Below are positions 31,224 to 41,100 of a stretch of DNA of 64,000 bases, one piece after another. The notes beneath the pieces are model-generated. The model had not been told where the DNA came from and ran no database searches. It saw only the letters and a list, made by a program, of their open reading frames with translations. The stretch covers positions 384,001 to 448,000 of the forward strand of contig CAWGAA010000002.1 in assembly GCA_963820525.1 (NCBI GenBank). Reading direction: 5' to 3'. Position 1 is the first letter of the stretch; each line of letters starts with the position of its first letter. This stretch comes from an uncultured Spirochaetota bacterium (GTDB taxonomy: Bacteria; Spirochaetota; Spirochaetia; SZUA-6; Fen-1364). A program made the translations under genes and the position numbers.

Positions 31224-32466
31224 TGCCCTCTTCGCTCTCGCCGCTTTGCTCGCCTCGCTCCCTCTCCTGCATGCTTCCCCATCGGCCCTGCCTGAAAACT
31301 TCGAGGCCCGTCTCATGATGAGGGAGACGATCTTCGCTCCCGTGGGCGAAGCCGCCTCAGCGAGGGCGAGAATGCTCCGCCAGCCCGAGAGCAGGGGCAA
31401 GGTCTATTTCAAGACCGAGGTCCAGAGCGGAAGCGTCTATCTCATCTTTTCCCGCCCAGATTCCCGCGACCCCTCGGTGGATTCCGCCGGAAACTACATC
31501 ATCAAGCGCAGCCTGAAGGACGGGAGCTTTCTCCAGGCGAAGATCTTCGTGCAGGACGATCCCGGCTGTTTCGCGCGGTTGTTCCCCATGGACGGAAGAA
31601 CCGGGATGGACATCTTCATCTCCGGCGAGCCGTTCCAGAAAGGAATCGTCATTGCCCAGCCCTTCGACCGGCTCCTCACGGCCCCGTTCTCCACGATCAT
31701 CGAACTCACGTCGGGGGTCGTGGACTGGTCTCTCGTTCTGCCCGCGGAGCGCACGGCGGCGGACATGCGGGTCGAGCGGATCGTCGGGCAGCTCAGGCCG
31801 CGGCTAAAGATGCTCGCCGACGTAGAGGACGGCGCCATGGACGGGAGCGGAAGGTTCATCTACATCAGGGACGGAAGACCGCAGGCGGGCCGGGGCGGGT
31901 TCAACTGTTCGGGATTCGCAAAGTTCGTCGTTGACGGCTTCTACAGGCCCCTGGCGGGCAGGCTCATGGATATCCAGGACATCAAGGAGCGCGACCTCGA
32001 CGCGCGGGGAAACCGCTGGAGCCCGTCGTACGAGGAATCGCGGGACCCCTATTTCGGCCTCGATTGGTCGCGCAATCTTGCCCGCATGCTCCAGTCCGCG
32101 CGGACGGGAGAGCCCCTCCCTCCGCCCGAGTTTGCCGATGTCAGGGACGTCGAGAGGTTTCCCTACGTCGAGGATGTCGGCTACCCGATAGAGAACCTCA
32201 CCGCTATTTTTTACATCCTTGCCCGGCGCGACCCCGGTGTCATCTACCTCGGATCCCTCAACCGCGAGGCCGGAGACGGGGCCCCGGTCCGCCAGCACCA
32301 CCACCTCGCCGTTTTCTTTCCCTACATCGATGGGAGCTCACGACTGCGGATCGTGGTCATGGAAAGGAACCTGGAGACCAGCGTTGCATCCCTCCAGAGG
32401 AGATTTCCCAGGGACTCGGTTCACCTGGTGCGGATCGACACTGAAGGCGAGTTCAGCCTGCCCTAG
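31204..32466 (+). CDS. Secreted hypothetical protein with an NlpC/P60-like Cys motif
   Basis: Signal peptide (..LPLLHA); GFNCSGFAKFV and HHHLAVF; start uncertain. Confidence 0.7.
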   Translation: MIRSLRSALFALAALLASLPLLHASPSALPENFEARLMMRETIFAPVGEAASARARMLRQPESRGKVYFKTEVQSGSVYLIFSRPDSRDPSVDSAGNYIIKRSLKDGSFLQAKIFVQDDPGCFARLFPMDGRTGMDIFISGEPFQKGIVIAQPFDRLLTAPFSTIIELTSGVVDWSLVLPAERTAADMRVERIVGQLRPRLKMLADVEDGAMDGSGRFIYIRDGRPQAGRGGFNCSGFAKFVVDGFYRPLAGRLMDIQDIKERDLDARGNRWSPSYEESRDPYFGLDWSRNLARMLQSARTGEPLPPPEFADVRDVERFPYVEDVGYPIENLTAIFYILARRDPGVIYLGSLNREAGDGAPVRQHHHLAVFFPYIDGSSRLRIVVMERNLETSVASLQRRFPRDSVHLVRIDTEGEFSLP

Positions 32467-32493
32467 TGGTTCGCCGAAGCGAACCACTAGGGG
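32460..32493. repeat. Perfect 15-bp inverted repeat spanning the stop codon
   Basis: GCCCTAGTGGTTCGC-CGAA-GCGAACCACTAGGGC; no U-tract. Confidence 0.8.
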
Positions 32494-32608
32494 CTCCACG
32501 CCGGCAGCCCTAGGCCGGCAGCGGCGCGGCTGCGCCGCGCCCCCTATCCAAGCGGTTTAGCGAGCTGCACGAGGGGAATATAACAAACGGCGAAACTGCT
32601 CCAGCGTG

Positions 32609-32637
32609 TTGAATAACCTGTCCCTCGGGGGTATGAT
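32609..32637 (+). promoter_or_regulatory. sigma70 promoter (TTGAAT-N17-TATGAT) of the TPR operon
   Basis: Correct spacing; 10 nt before ATG 32648. Confidence 0.6.
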
Positions 32638-32647
32638 CTAAATCGGC

Positions 32648-35535
32648 ATGCATCGTTTTGCTCTCCTGTTTCTTCTGGCCGGCGCCGTGTCCGTCTGGTC
32701 GGCCACTTCCGAAGTCGAGCTGTTCTCCGAGGCCGAAAGCCGATACCTTGGCGGCAACTACCCGGCCGCGCTTGAAGCGTACGACGATTTCCTTCATCAA
32801 TACCCTCTGTCGGACCTCGCCGCCGATGCGCAGTACAGGAAGGCAGTCTGTCTCTATCGCCTCCAGAGGTATTCTGATTCCTCTGCTCTTCTCCACGAGA
32901 TTGACACGAGGTACCGCTCCACCCGGTATCTCGACTACGTGCCCTTCTGGCAGGGCCTCGCTTCCTACAGGCTGAAGAGCTATTCGCTGGGAGTGGAGAG
33001 CCTCAACGCATTCCTCGCCCGCGCGAAGGACCCGAGCTCACGCCCCAGGCGCTGCTGTACAAGGCGCTCTGTCTGGTCGAGCTGAAGGACGAACCCGGGG
33101 CGGCAGACGCGCTTCGAGCCCTTGTGAAGGACTACCGGGGTTCCAGCGTGTTTCCCTATGCCGCGGCCGTTTTCGCGACGCTCCTGACGCGGCAGAAAGC
33201 GTTCGATGAGCTTCTCCAGTTCACCTCCAGCATCGATCCATCCGCCTTCCCCCAGAACTGGAAGGAGCAGTTCCTGCTCTCCCGCGCCGAGGGGCTCCGG
33301 GAGGCGGGGAGAATGGATGAGGCCCTCCCCCTGTACAAGACGCTCACCGGCGGCGGAAATGACGTGGCGCTCACCGCGTATCGCAGGCTGTTCGACGCCG
33401 CGGAGCGAAAGGCGGACCTAGCCGGGATGCAGGCTCTCACCCAGGCCGCGGATGCGCGATTCGGAGCGGCCCCCGAGGTTCTGGCGGATCTCTGGGCGAG
33501 GGTGGGGGCGGAGAGCTTCCGAAAGGGAGACCTCGATGACGCGCGCCGTTTCCTGACCAAGGTGTGGGACCTCCGTGGTACGCGGGCCCCTGTCGAGGCG
33601 GTTCCTCTCTACCTCGCGGAGATATCCCTGGCGTCGAAAGACGCTGCAGGAGCCCGTTCGATCCTTGAGCAGTATCTTGCCTCGCCGGCGGGCGCCGGAT
33701 CCGCCGCCGCCGTCATGAGGCTGGGGGACATCGCCCTGCAGACGGGAGACCTGGCGGGCGCGGCGGGGTACTACTCGCGTTTCATCCAGACCTTCCCCGA
33801 ATCTCCGCGGCTCGCAGAGGCGGGGTACCTCCTAGCCTACGTAAAGTACCGGCAGGGGAGCCTCGATGATTCCTTCGCCCTCGTCTCACGCTTCCTGGCG
33901 GGCCCCTCGGCCGGCCAGTATCGAAAGGACCTCCTGCGCCTCCGGATCGTCCTGTTGAAGAAGAACAAGAATTACCGCGAAGCTGCCGCGTCCCTTTCGG
34001 ACTACGTGGGGCAGTTTCCTGACGACGTGCGCTCGCGCATCGACCTTCTCAAGACTCTCTTCCTGGTGGGGGATTATCCCCGGATCGTCCAGGAGGCCGA
34101 CGCCCTTTTCGCCCGGGTCCCCGGGATCGCCTCCTCGGACCCCTATGCCTACCTTCTCGCTTCCTATCTGCGGGGGCTCAGCCTCATCGCGAAGAAGGAA
34201 TACAGGGGCGCGATACCGAACCTCGAAGCCATCCGCAGGGATCAGGCGGAGAAAGCGGGCCTCGCCGGCATCGTGCCCTACGCCGGCTACTACCTCGGCT
34301 GGGCCTATGTAAAGAGCGGCAGCTTCGATCTGGCGGCCAAGAACCTCGATGCCCTGGTGACCGCGTACCCGGGAAGCGAGATCGTCTCAAAGACGCAGTT
34401 TCTCGCCGGATGGAGCCATTTCAGCCTCGGGGAGTTCGACCGCGCTGCGGATGCATTCTCCCGCGTCGCCAAGAAGGAGGTGAACACGGATCTGGGGCAG
34501 AGAAGCCTCTACCTCGGCGCCAACAGCCTCTTCAACGCGAAGAAGCTGGCCGAGGCGTCCTCCGCCTTCCAGGCCATCATCCGCGCATCGCCTCCCTCAC
34601 CCTACGCCGACAGAGCGATGTTCGACTATGCCGGCGTGCTTTCAGCGCAGGGCGCAACGGCAAAGGCCGCGGACACATACCGCTCGCTGGCGGAAACCTA
34701 TCCTTCGAGCCCGCTCGCCGAAGAGGCGGTCTACAAACGGGCTGAGACGTACTACGCCGGAGCGAAGTACGCCGAGGCCAGGTCAGCGTTCTCCGACTAC
34801 CGCTCGAGGTTCCCCAAGGGAAAGCTCATCGACGGGGCGCTGTACTGGGGCGGGGAGGCGGCCGCGGGCGCCGGAGAGAAGTTCGGCGCCGTCCTCTTGT
34901 GGGGGGAGCTCATCCAGGGATACAAGGACAGCTCCTTTCGGGCCGTCGCCATCCGCAAGAGCGCGGAGGTCTACGTCGAGTCGAGGGATTTCGCCTCCGC
35001 CCTCCGTCTCTATACCCAGCTCGTGACGGAATATCCCGCGGACGCCCGCGCGGCCAAGGCGGATATCATCGCCGAGCAGCTCCACTACCAGATCCTGGGG
35101 TTGGGGGATCGGGAAGCGGAGCTCACTACCCGAATCTCGCGGGAAAGCGGGCAGGCAAAGACCGACGCCACGCTGGAGCTCGCCCGCCTCTACATCCTGA
35201 GCGGAGAGAAGAAGGTCGAGCAGGGCTACCAGATGCTCCAGCCCATCATCGCGGGAAGCGACCCCGCCGCCGCGTCCAGGGCTCAGTACCTTGCGGGGGA
35301 GTATTTCTATCGCAAGGGCGACCTCGGGGAGGCGAGCAAGCGCTTTCTCGCGGCGGCCGCCAAGGGCGCATCGGATTCCGATTTCTCGGCTTCCTCGATC
35401 TACCGCGCCGCCGAGATGATGAAGCTGGCCGGCAGGCAGGATGACGTTCAGGCGCTGGCCAAGAGGCTGGCCGACAACTTTCCCGCCTCTCCGTGGACGG
35501 CGAAGGCCCGCAAGCTCATGGAGGCGGATCGATGA
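32648..35535 (+). CDS. Large secreted TPR protein (~962 aa, CpoB/BamD-like repeats), split by a -1 frameshift near 33031-33034
   Basis: Signal peptide; repeated YPxSxLAxxAxY motifs; adding one base restores AKDPELTPQALLYKALCL and joins ORFs 32648-33085 and 33124-35535. Confidence 0.85.
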
Positions 35536-37145
35536 AAAGGCTCTCAATTCTCGCGGCTCTCCTCCGGCTGGCGATCGCCGCCTTCCCGCAGGCCCAGGGA
35601 AAAGACCTTGGTCCGACAGAGCCCGATATCGTCCTGCCGCAGGTCATCCTGGAGATCGAAGACTTGAGCGTGGAGAACGTGGAGGCAAAGCTTCCCCCCG
35701 ACGAGGAGCTTCTCCCTTCCCGGCGGGAAATTCCCCTTCCCGCCGAAGGAGAGATCCCGGTGATCGAGCCTTCCGTCGCCATCGCCTCCACTGCCGGGGA
35801 GCCGCCTGCGCCGGCGCCGGCGGGCCCGTCGATCGCCACGGAGGCGCTGGTGGGCGCGGGCCTGGAGAACACGATCCTGGGCACATTGTCCGTGAAGACC
35901 CTGGGACGGGATCCACGCCTCTCGCTGTCTTTCTCTCATGAGGCCGTGGACGGTTTTTCAGGACATGCCGCGGGCTCCGGGTTCGACTCGCGCACGGACA
36001 ATCTCTCGGGAGAGCTGGCGATGAAGCTCGCTTTTCTGGATACGGACCTGCAGGGGAGCTTCAATGAGGATGCGCGCGGGCTCCAACGCCAGGGGACATA
36101 CATCGGCAGGCTCTCGCGCCGGGTCGATGGAAGCGCCGATTTCACCGCCAGGCCGCTGGATTGGCTTACCCTTGACGGGAAAATCAAAGCAGGCACCGAC
36201 TCGCTCACCCTCACCGGATCCACTCCGCTTCCGGTGAGCGAGTACCGCCTGGCTCCCTCTCTCGGCGGTGAGGCGCGCTTCTCGTGGTTTCGCCTGGGTC
36301 TCTCCGGAGACTACAGCTACCGCATGGCGGACTTCGGGCCGGCAGGGTCCCAGGAAGTCCAGCGTGTGCGCACCGGCCTCACCCTCGGGTTCGAGCTTCC
36401 TGCTTCGATGCTCCTTGAAGGCTCCGTCGCCTGGTTTTGGAACACGTCCGGGGCGAGCCTTTTCCCGTTCGAGCTGCGCTTCTCGGGCACTCCTTTCGGT
36501 TTTCTCACCTTCGGCTTCGGCGCGGGCTACAAGGTGGTTCCCTACGATGCCGGCGGCGTGCTTTCAGAGTATCGCTGGGTTCTGCCGGAGCCATTGCGGG
36601 ACGACAGCGGCTGGTTCGCCGACTCGAATCTCAAGCTCTCTCTGGCAAAGGACCTCATCCTGAGCGGCACGCTTTCGTTCATGTCGAGCCGGGAGATGCT
36701 CGACACGTCGGACTCCACGCTGGCGCAGGATCCTGCCACGGGGCTCTTCCTCCTCGGCCAGAGGCAGGCGGTGCGGCTGGACTCGGACATCTCGCTGCGG
36801 TGGAACCCGGTGGAAAATGTGACGCTGGGCGCGGGTTGGAAGCGCGCCTTCATCGATCGGCCGGCCTTCGCGGCCCTTGACGAGGCGAGAGTTGAAGGAA
36901 TTGCCATGGAGAAATCCGGGGCTTTCGGGGGCAATTTCCTCGTTGCCCTGCGCACGGGAGTGGCGCCGATCCTGCAGCTTCCCGTCGTGAACGTTGGGGG
37001 ATTCTTCAAGATCTCCGATTCCGTGGAGATCCATCTTGACGCCGAGGACCTCCTGCAGCCGGCCCTCAACGCCCCCCGCTACGATCTGTTTCCGTTCCAG
37101 GACCCTGGATTCCGCGTAATTGCCAAGGCCAGGCTGGCCTTCTGA
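35532..37145 (+). CDS. Putative outer-membrane beta-barrel protein
   Basis: Signal peptide, alternating amphipathic strands, C-terminal VIAKARLAF; ATGA overlap with the TPR gene. Confidence 0.75.
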   Translation: MKRLSILAALLRLAIAAFPQAQGKDLGPTEPDIVLPQVILEIEDLSVENVEAKLPPDEELLPSRREIPLPAEGEIPVIEPSVAIASTAGEPPAPAPAGPSIATEALVGAGLENTILGTLSVKTLGRDPRLSLSFSHEAVDGFSGHAAGSGFDSRTDNLSGELAMKLAFLDTDLQGSFNEDARGLQRQGTYIGRLSRRVDGSADFTARPLDWLTLDGKIKAGTDSLTLTGSTPLPVSEYRLAPSLGGEARFSWFRLGLSGDYSYRMADFGPAGSQEVQRVRTGLTLGFELPASMLLEGSVAWFWNTSGASLFPFELRFSGTPFGFLTFGFGAGYKVVPYDAGGVLSEYRWVLPEPLRDDSGWFADSNLKLSLAKDLILSGTLSFMSSREMLDTSDSTLAQDPATGLFLLGQRQAVRLDSDISLRWNPVENVTLGAGWKRAFIDRPAFAALDEARVEGIAMEKSGAFGGNFLVALRTGVAPILQLPVVNVGGFFKISDSVEIHLDAEDLLQPALNAPRYDLFPFQDPGFRVIAKARLAF

Positions 37146-37156
37146 GGAATGACACC

Positions 37157-38083
37157 GTGAGCGAAGCGATCGAGAGAGAAGACGGAGCGTGCCGCGCGGA
37201 CGGCGGCGATTCACGCCGCATCCTGGCGGCATCGCTGGCCGCGGTCCTGATCCATGTCGTTCTGGTGGCCATTCCATTGCTCTCCATTATGCAGACCCAG
37301 CTGCCTCAGGCAGGCCCGCTCGTTGTCGACCTGGAGGCATCCTCGATAGTGACTGAGGAGCCTTCGGGGACCGCCGCCGCTCAGCCGCTGACCGTGGCTT
37401 CCGCGCCGGCCGCTCCCGCCGCCTCCGCTTCCTCGGCAAGCGATTTCGCAATCCCGACGCCAAAGGCCCAGTCCGAGGGTGAGGCGGCCGGGACGACGCG
37501 CGGCCCGTCTTTCCGCGAGGAGGGAAACCGTACCGGCTCCTCAGCGCAATCCCCGTCCGCTGCGGCGCCTCCCGGTCCGAAGCCTGATTTCTCGACGCAG
37601 GCACCGGCAGGAGGCGCGCCCTCGGCGCCGCCCGCGAAAGGCCAGGGTGTTCTCGTCCAGGGACAGGGAGCGTCACCCGGAGGATCACTCGACCTCGCCC
37701 CTCTTGACAAGGCGCTCGCCGGCGCAAAGCCGGCTCCCGGCGCGGGACAGCCCGCCGGCCGGCCGGCTTCCCCGGGTGAGCGTACGGGAGAGACGGGGAT
37801 CCGCTGGGACCAGCCGGACGCCGCCCGGAGCAGGAAGCTCCTCACCTCCCCCGAGCCGAAAGTCCCGGCCTGGGTGTACGCCCAAGGGCTCACCCTGACC
37901 GTCACCGTGTCTTTCGTCGTTTCTCCCGAGGGAGTGATAAAAACCGTTACCCTGGACAAGTCCTGCGGGTACGCGGACGTGGATGCCGCGGTGGTGGACG
38001 CGGTCCGCCATTACCGTTTCTCCTCGGATTCTTCCGCCCTTCCCATCCGCGGCGCTCGCTCCTTTATCATCCGCTCCCACTGA
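37157..38083 (+). CDS. TonB/TolA-like energy transducer
   Basis: TM helix with SLAAVLIH, Pro/Ala-rich linker, C-terminal VSFVVSPEGVI...SCGYADVDAAVVDAVRHYRF. Confidence 0.82.
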   Translation: MSEAIEREDGACRADGGDSRRILAASLAAVLIHVVLVAIPLLSIMQTQLPQAGPLVVDLEASSIVTEEPSGTAAAQPLTVASAPAAPAASASSASDFAIPTPKAQSEGEAAGTTRGPSFREEGNRTGSSAQSPSAAAPPGPKPDFSTQAPAGGAPSAPPAKGQGVLVQGQGASPGGSLDLAPLDKALAGAKPAPGAGQPAGRPASPGERTGETGIRWDQPDAARSRKLLTSPEPKVPAWVYAQGLTLTVTVSFVVSPEGVIKTVTLDKSCGYADVDAAVVDAVRHYRFSSDSSALPIRGARSFIIRSH

Positions 38084-38092
38084 TATATCTCG

Positions 38093-38121
38093 TTGACAGC
38101 AGCGAACGCTCGCTGTACTAT
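38093..38121 (+). promoter_or_regulatory. sigma70 promoter (TTGACA-N17-TACTAT)
   Basis: Near consensus, followed by SD GGGGAGGGG and ATG 38149. Confidence 0.72.
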
Positions 38122-38148
38122 AGATAAAATCTCCTGGGGAGGGGAACA

Positions 38149-41100
38149 ATGTCTGTTTTTTTGCCTGGCGATCTCATAATCCTTGGTATCGTCCTGGTGC
38201 TCCTTCTCGTCTTCCGGGCGCTCGACAGGAACAACCGGTCCCTGGAAAAACTCAAGCGGTTCAGCGACAAGATCATCGAAAACCTGTCTGCCTTCGTGGA
38301 AGAGAAAACGACTCACGTCAAGGAGCTGTCGACGCAGCTTTCGGCGGACCTCCAGAGGGGCGCCGAGCTTCTGGCCGGCGTCCATGCAACGCAGGCGGAC
38401 ATTGCGGCGAGGTCCGAAGGCCTCACCGGAGTCCAGCAGAGGCTGGAAAGCTACGAGCACGCGATAGCCGAGCTCGTAGCGATGTCGGCCCGTGTTGACC
38501 AGAACCTCAAGCGCATCCGCGACGAGGGAGAGTTCGTCGACGGGATGGGAAAACGGATCAAGGACGCGTTCGCGCACATGGCGCAGCTCGAGCGGGAGAT
38601 TCCGACGCTGAGGAATGCCATCCCGGCCGCCGCCAAGCTGGGCGCCGACGCGGCTGCGGCGAGAATCGTCGAGATTGAAAAGCGCATTGCAGCCCTCCAG
38701 GGGGAGGTCGCGTCAGCCGCCAGGCAGGGAACTGACGCGGCTGCGGCGAGAATCGTCGAGCTTGAAAAGCGCATTGCAGCGCTTCAGGGGGAGGTCGCTT
38801 CAGCCGCCCGGCAGGGCACAGACGCGGTCTCGGCCGAGCTTTCCCGCATAGAAAAGCAGATCCCCGTCCTGGAGGAGAAGCTCACCAAGACGAACCGCGA
38901 AAGGGCCGCGGTGGTGTCCAGCCATATTGTGCAGCTGGAGAAGCAGATCCCGGCCATCAAGGGTGAGATCGGCGCTGCTGTCAAGAAAGAGGCTGAAGCG
39001 GCGGCGGCGAGGATAGCCGAGCTTGAAAAGCGGGTCTCAGGCGCCAAGAGTGAGATCGCCGCTCTGATCAAGCAGGGCGCTGAGGCCGCGTCGGCGAGGA
39101 TAGTCGCGCTTGAAAAGCGGGTCTCGGGCGCCCAGAACCAAATCGTGTCGCTTTCAAAGCAGGGCGCCGCCTCCTTCGCGGCGCACATCGAGCGAATGGA
39201 GAAGGAGATCCCCGCCCTGGAGGAGAAGCTTGCCAAGGAAAGCCGCGAGAGGCTGGCGGCGGTCTCATCCCAGATCGCGCAGCTGGAGAAACAGATTCCC
39301 GCTATCAAGGGGGAGATCAGCGGTGCGGCAAAGCAGAGCGTGGAGGCAGTCAGCGCCCGCGTCGCCGAGCTTGCCAAGCAGGTTCCCGTGATCCAGGAGC
39401 AGTTCCAGGCGGCGAGCCGCGCGAGCATGGAGAAGCTTTCATCGGAGATCGCACAAGCCGTCCAGAAGACATCGGCCGAGCTCGCTCAGCTGGAGAGCCG
39501 GCTTCCCGCCCTCGAGCAGGAGATGATCCAGGAGGGCAGGCAGCGCATGGACGAGATGGCCGAGGCCGGCCGCGAAAGGGTCGATGAGACCGCGTCGCGT
39601 ATCGCGGAGCTGGAGAAGCACATTCCCGCGCTTGAGGGGGAAATCGAGGAGGCCGCCCGGTTGGGCGTGGAGGCCGCGGCCGCCCGAATCACGGAGCTTT
39701 CAAAGCAGATCCCGGCTATTCAGCAGCACCTCCAGGAGGCAAGCCGCGCCAGCCTTGAAAAAATAACCGCAGAGATGGACAAGAGGATCCAGGCGGTTTC
39801 CTCCGAGCTCGCGCAGATGGAACAGCGAATTCCGCAGATCGAGCGGGAGATGGCCCAGGCCGGCGAGAAGCGGGCGATCGAAATCGCCGAGGCCGGCCGC
39901 GGACGCGTGGAAGAGATCGCGCAGGCGGCCAGCCAGCGCACGGAGGAGATTGCACGGTCGGGCCGGGAGCGGGCCGAAGAGATCGCCGCGCGGATAGCCG
40001 GCATCGAGAAGCGGATTCCCCAGCTCGAAGAGGAGATGGAGAAAGCGGCCCAGCAGGGCGGGCAGGCGGTTTCCGCGCGCGTTGCCGAGCTTGCGCGGCA
40101 GGTGCCGGTCATCCAGGAGCAATTCCAGGCGGCAAGCCGCGCCAGCATGGACAAGATCACCGTCGAGCTTCGGCAGCAGATGGACAAGGTATCGACCGAG
40201 CTTTCGCAGATAGAGGAGCGGCTGCCGCTTTTGGAGCGGGAAACAGCAGAGCGAGGCGAAAAGCGGCTGGACGAGATCGCCGGGGCGGGCCGGGCGCGCG
40301 CGGAAGAGATGGCGGAGGCCAACCGCGCCCGCGCGCTTGAAATCGCGGCCCGCATCGCGGACATGGAGAAGCGAATTCCCGAGCTGGGAGAGGAGATGGA
40401 GAAAGCGGCCCAGCAGGGCGGGCAGGCGGTTGCCGCGCGCGTCGCCGAGCTTGCCCGGCAGGTGCCGATCATCCAGGAGCAGCTCCAGACCGTCGGCCGC
40501 ACCGGCATGGAGAAGATCTCTGCGGAGCTCAAGGGGCACATGGACAAGGTCTCCGCGGATCTCGCCCGGATGGAGGAGCGGATTCCGCTTCTCGAAGGGG
40601 AGATGCTTCGGGAGAGCAGTGAGCGTCTGGAACAGATCTCCGAGGCAGGTCTGGCGCGGGCCGATGAGCTCGGCGCGCGCCTCGCGGAGATCGAGAAGCG
40701 CGTTCCCGAGCTGGAAGGGGAGATGGAGAAAGCCGTCAAGCAGGCCGGACAGGCCGTCACGGCCCGGGTGGCCGGGCTGCTGGAGCAGATCCCCGCGCTC
40801 AGGAAAGAAATACAGGAAACGGGCAGCAAGAGCCTCGAGGAGATCAAGTCCCAGATCGCGAAAATGGAAAAGGACATCCCCATCGTAGAGGAGAAGTTCG
40901 CCGCGGGAAGCAGGAAGCGGATGGACGCCATTGCCGCCCGGGTGACGGAGATGGAGAAGCTCGTCCCCTCCGTGAAGGCGGAGATCGCGGCCGCGGCCAA
41001 GAAGGGCGCGGAGGCCGCCGGCTCCCAGATCGGGCGGCTGGAGAAGGAGATCTCCGGCATCCAGGAGAAGTTCAAGGCCGCCAACCAGAAGAGCCTCGAA

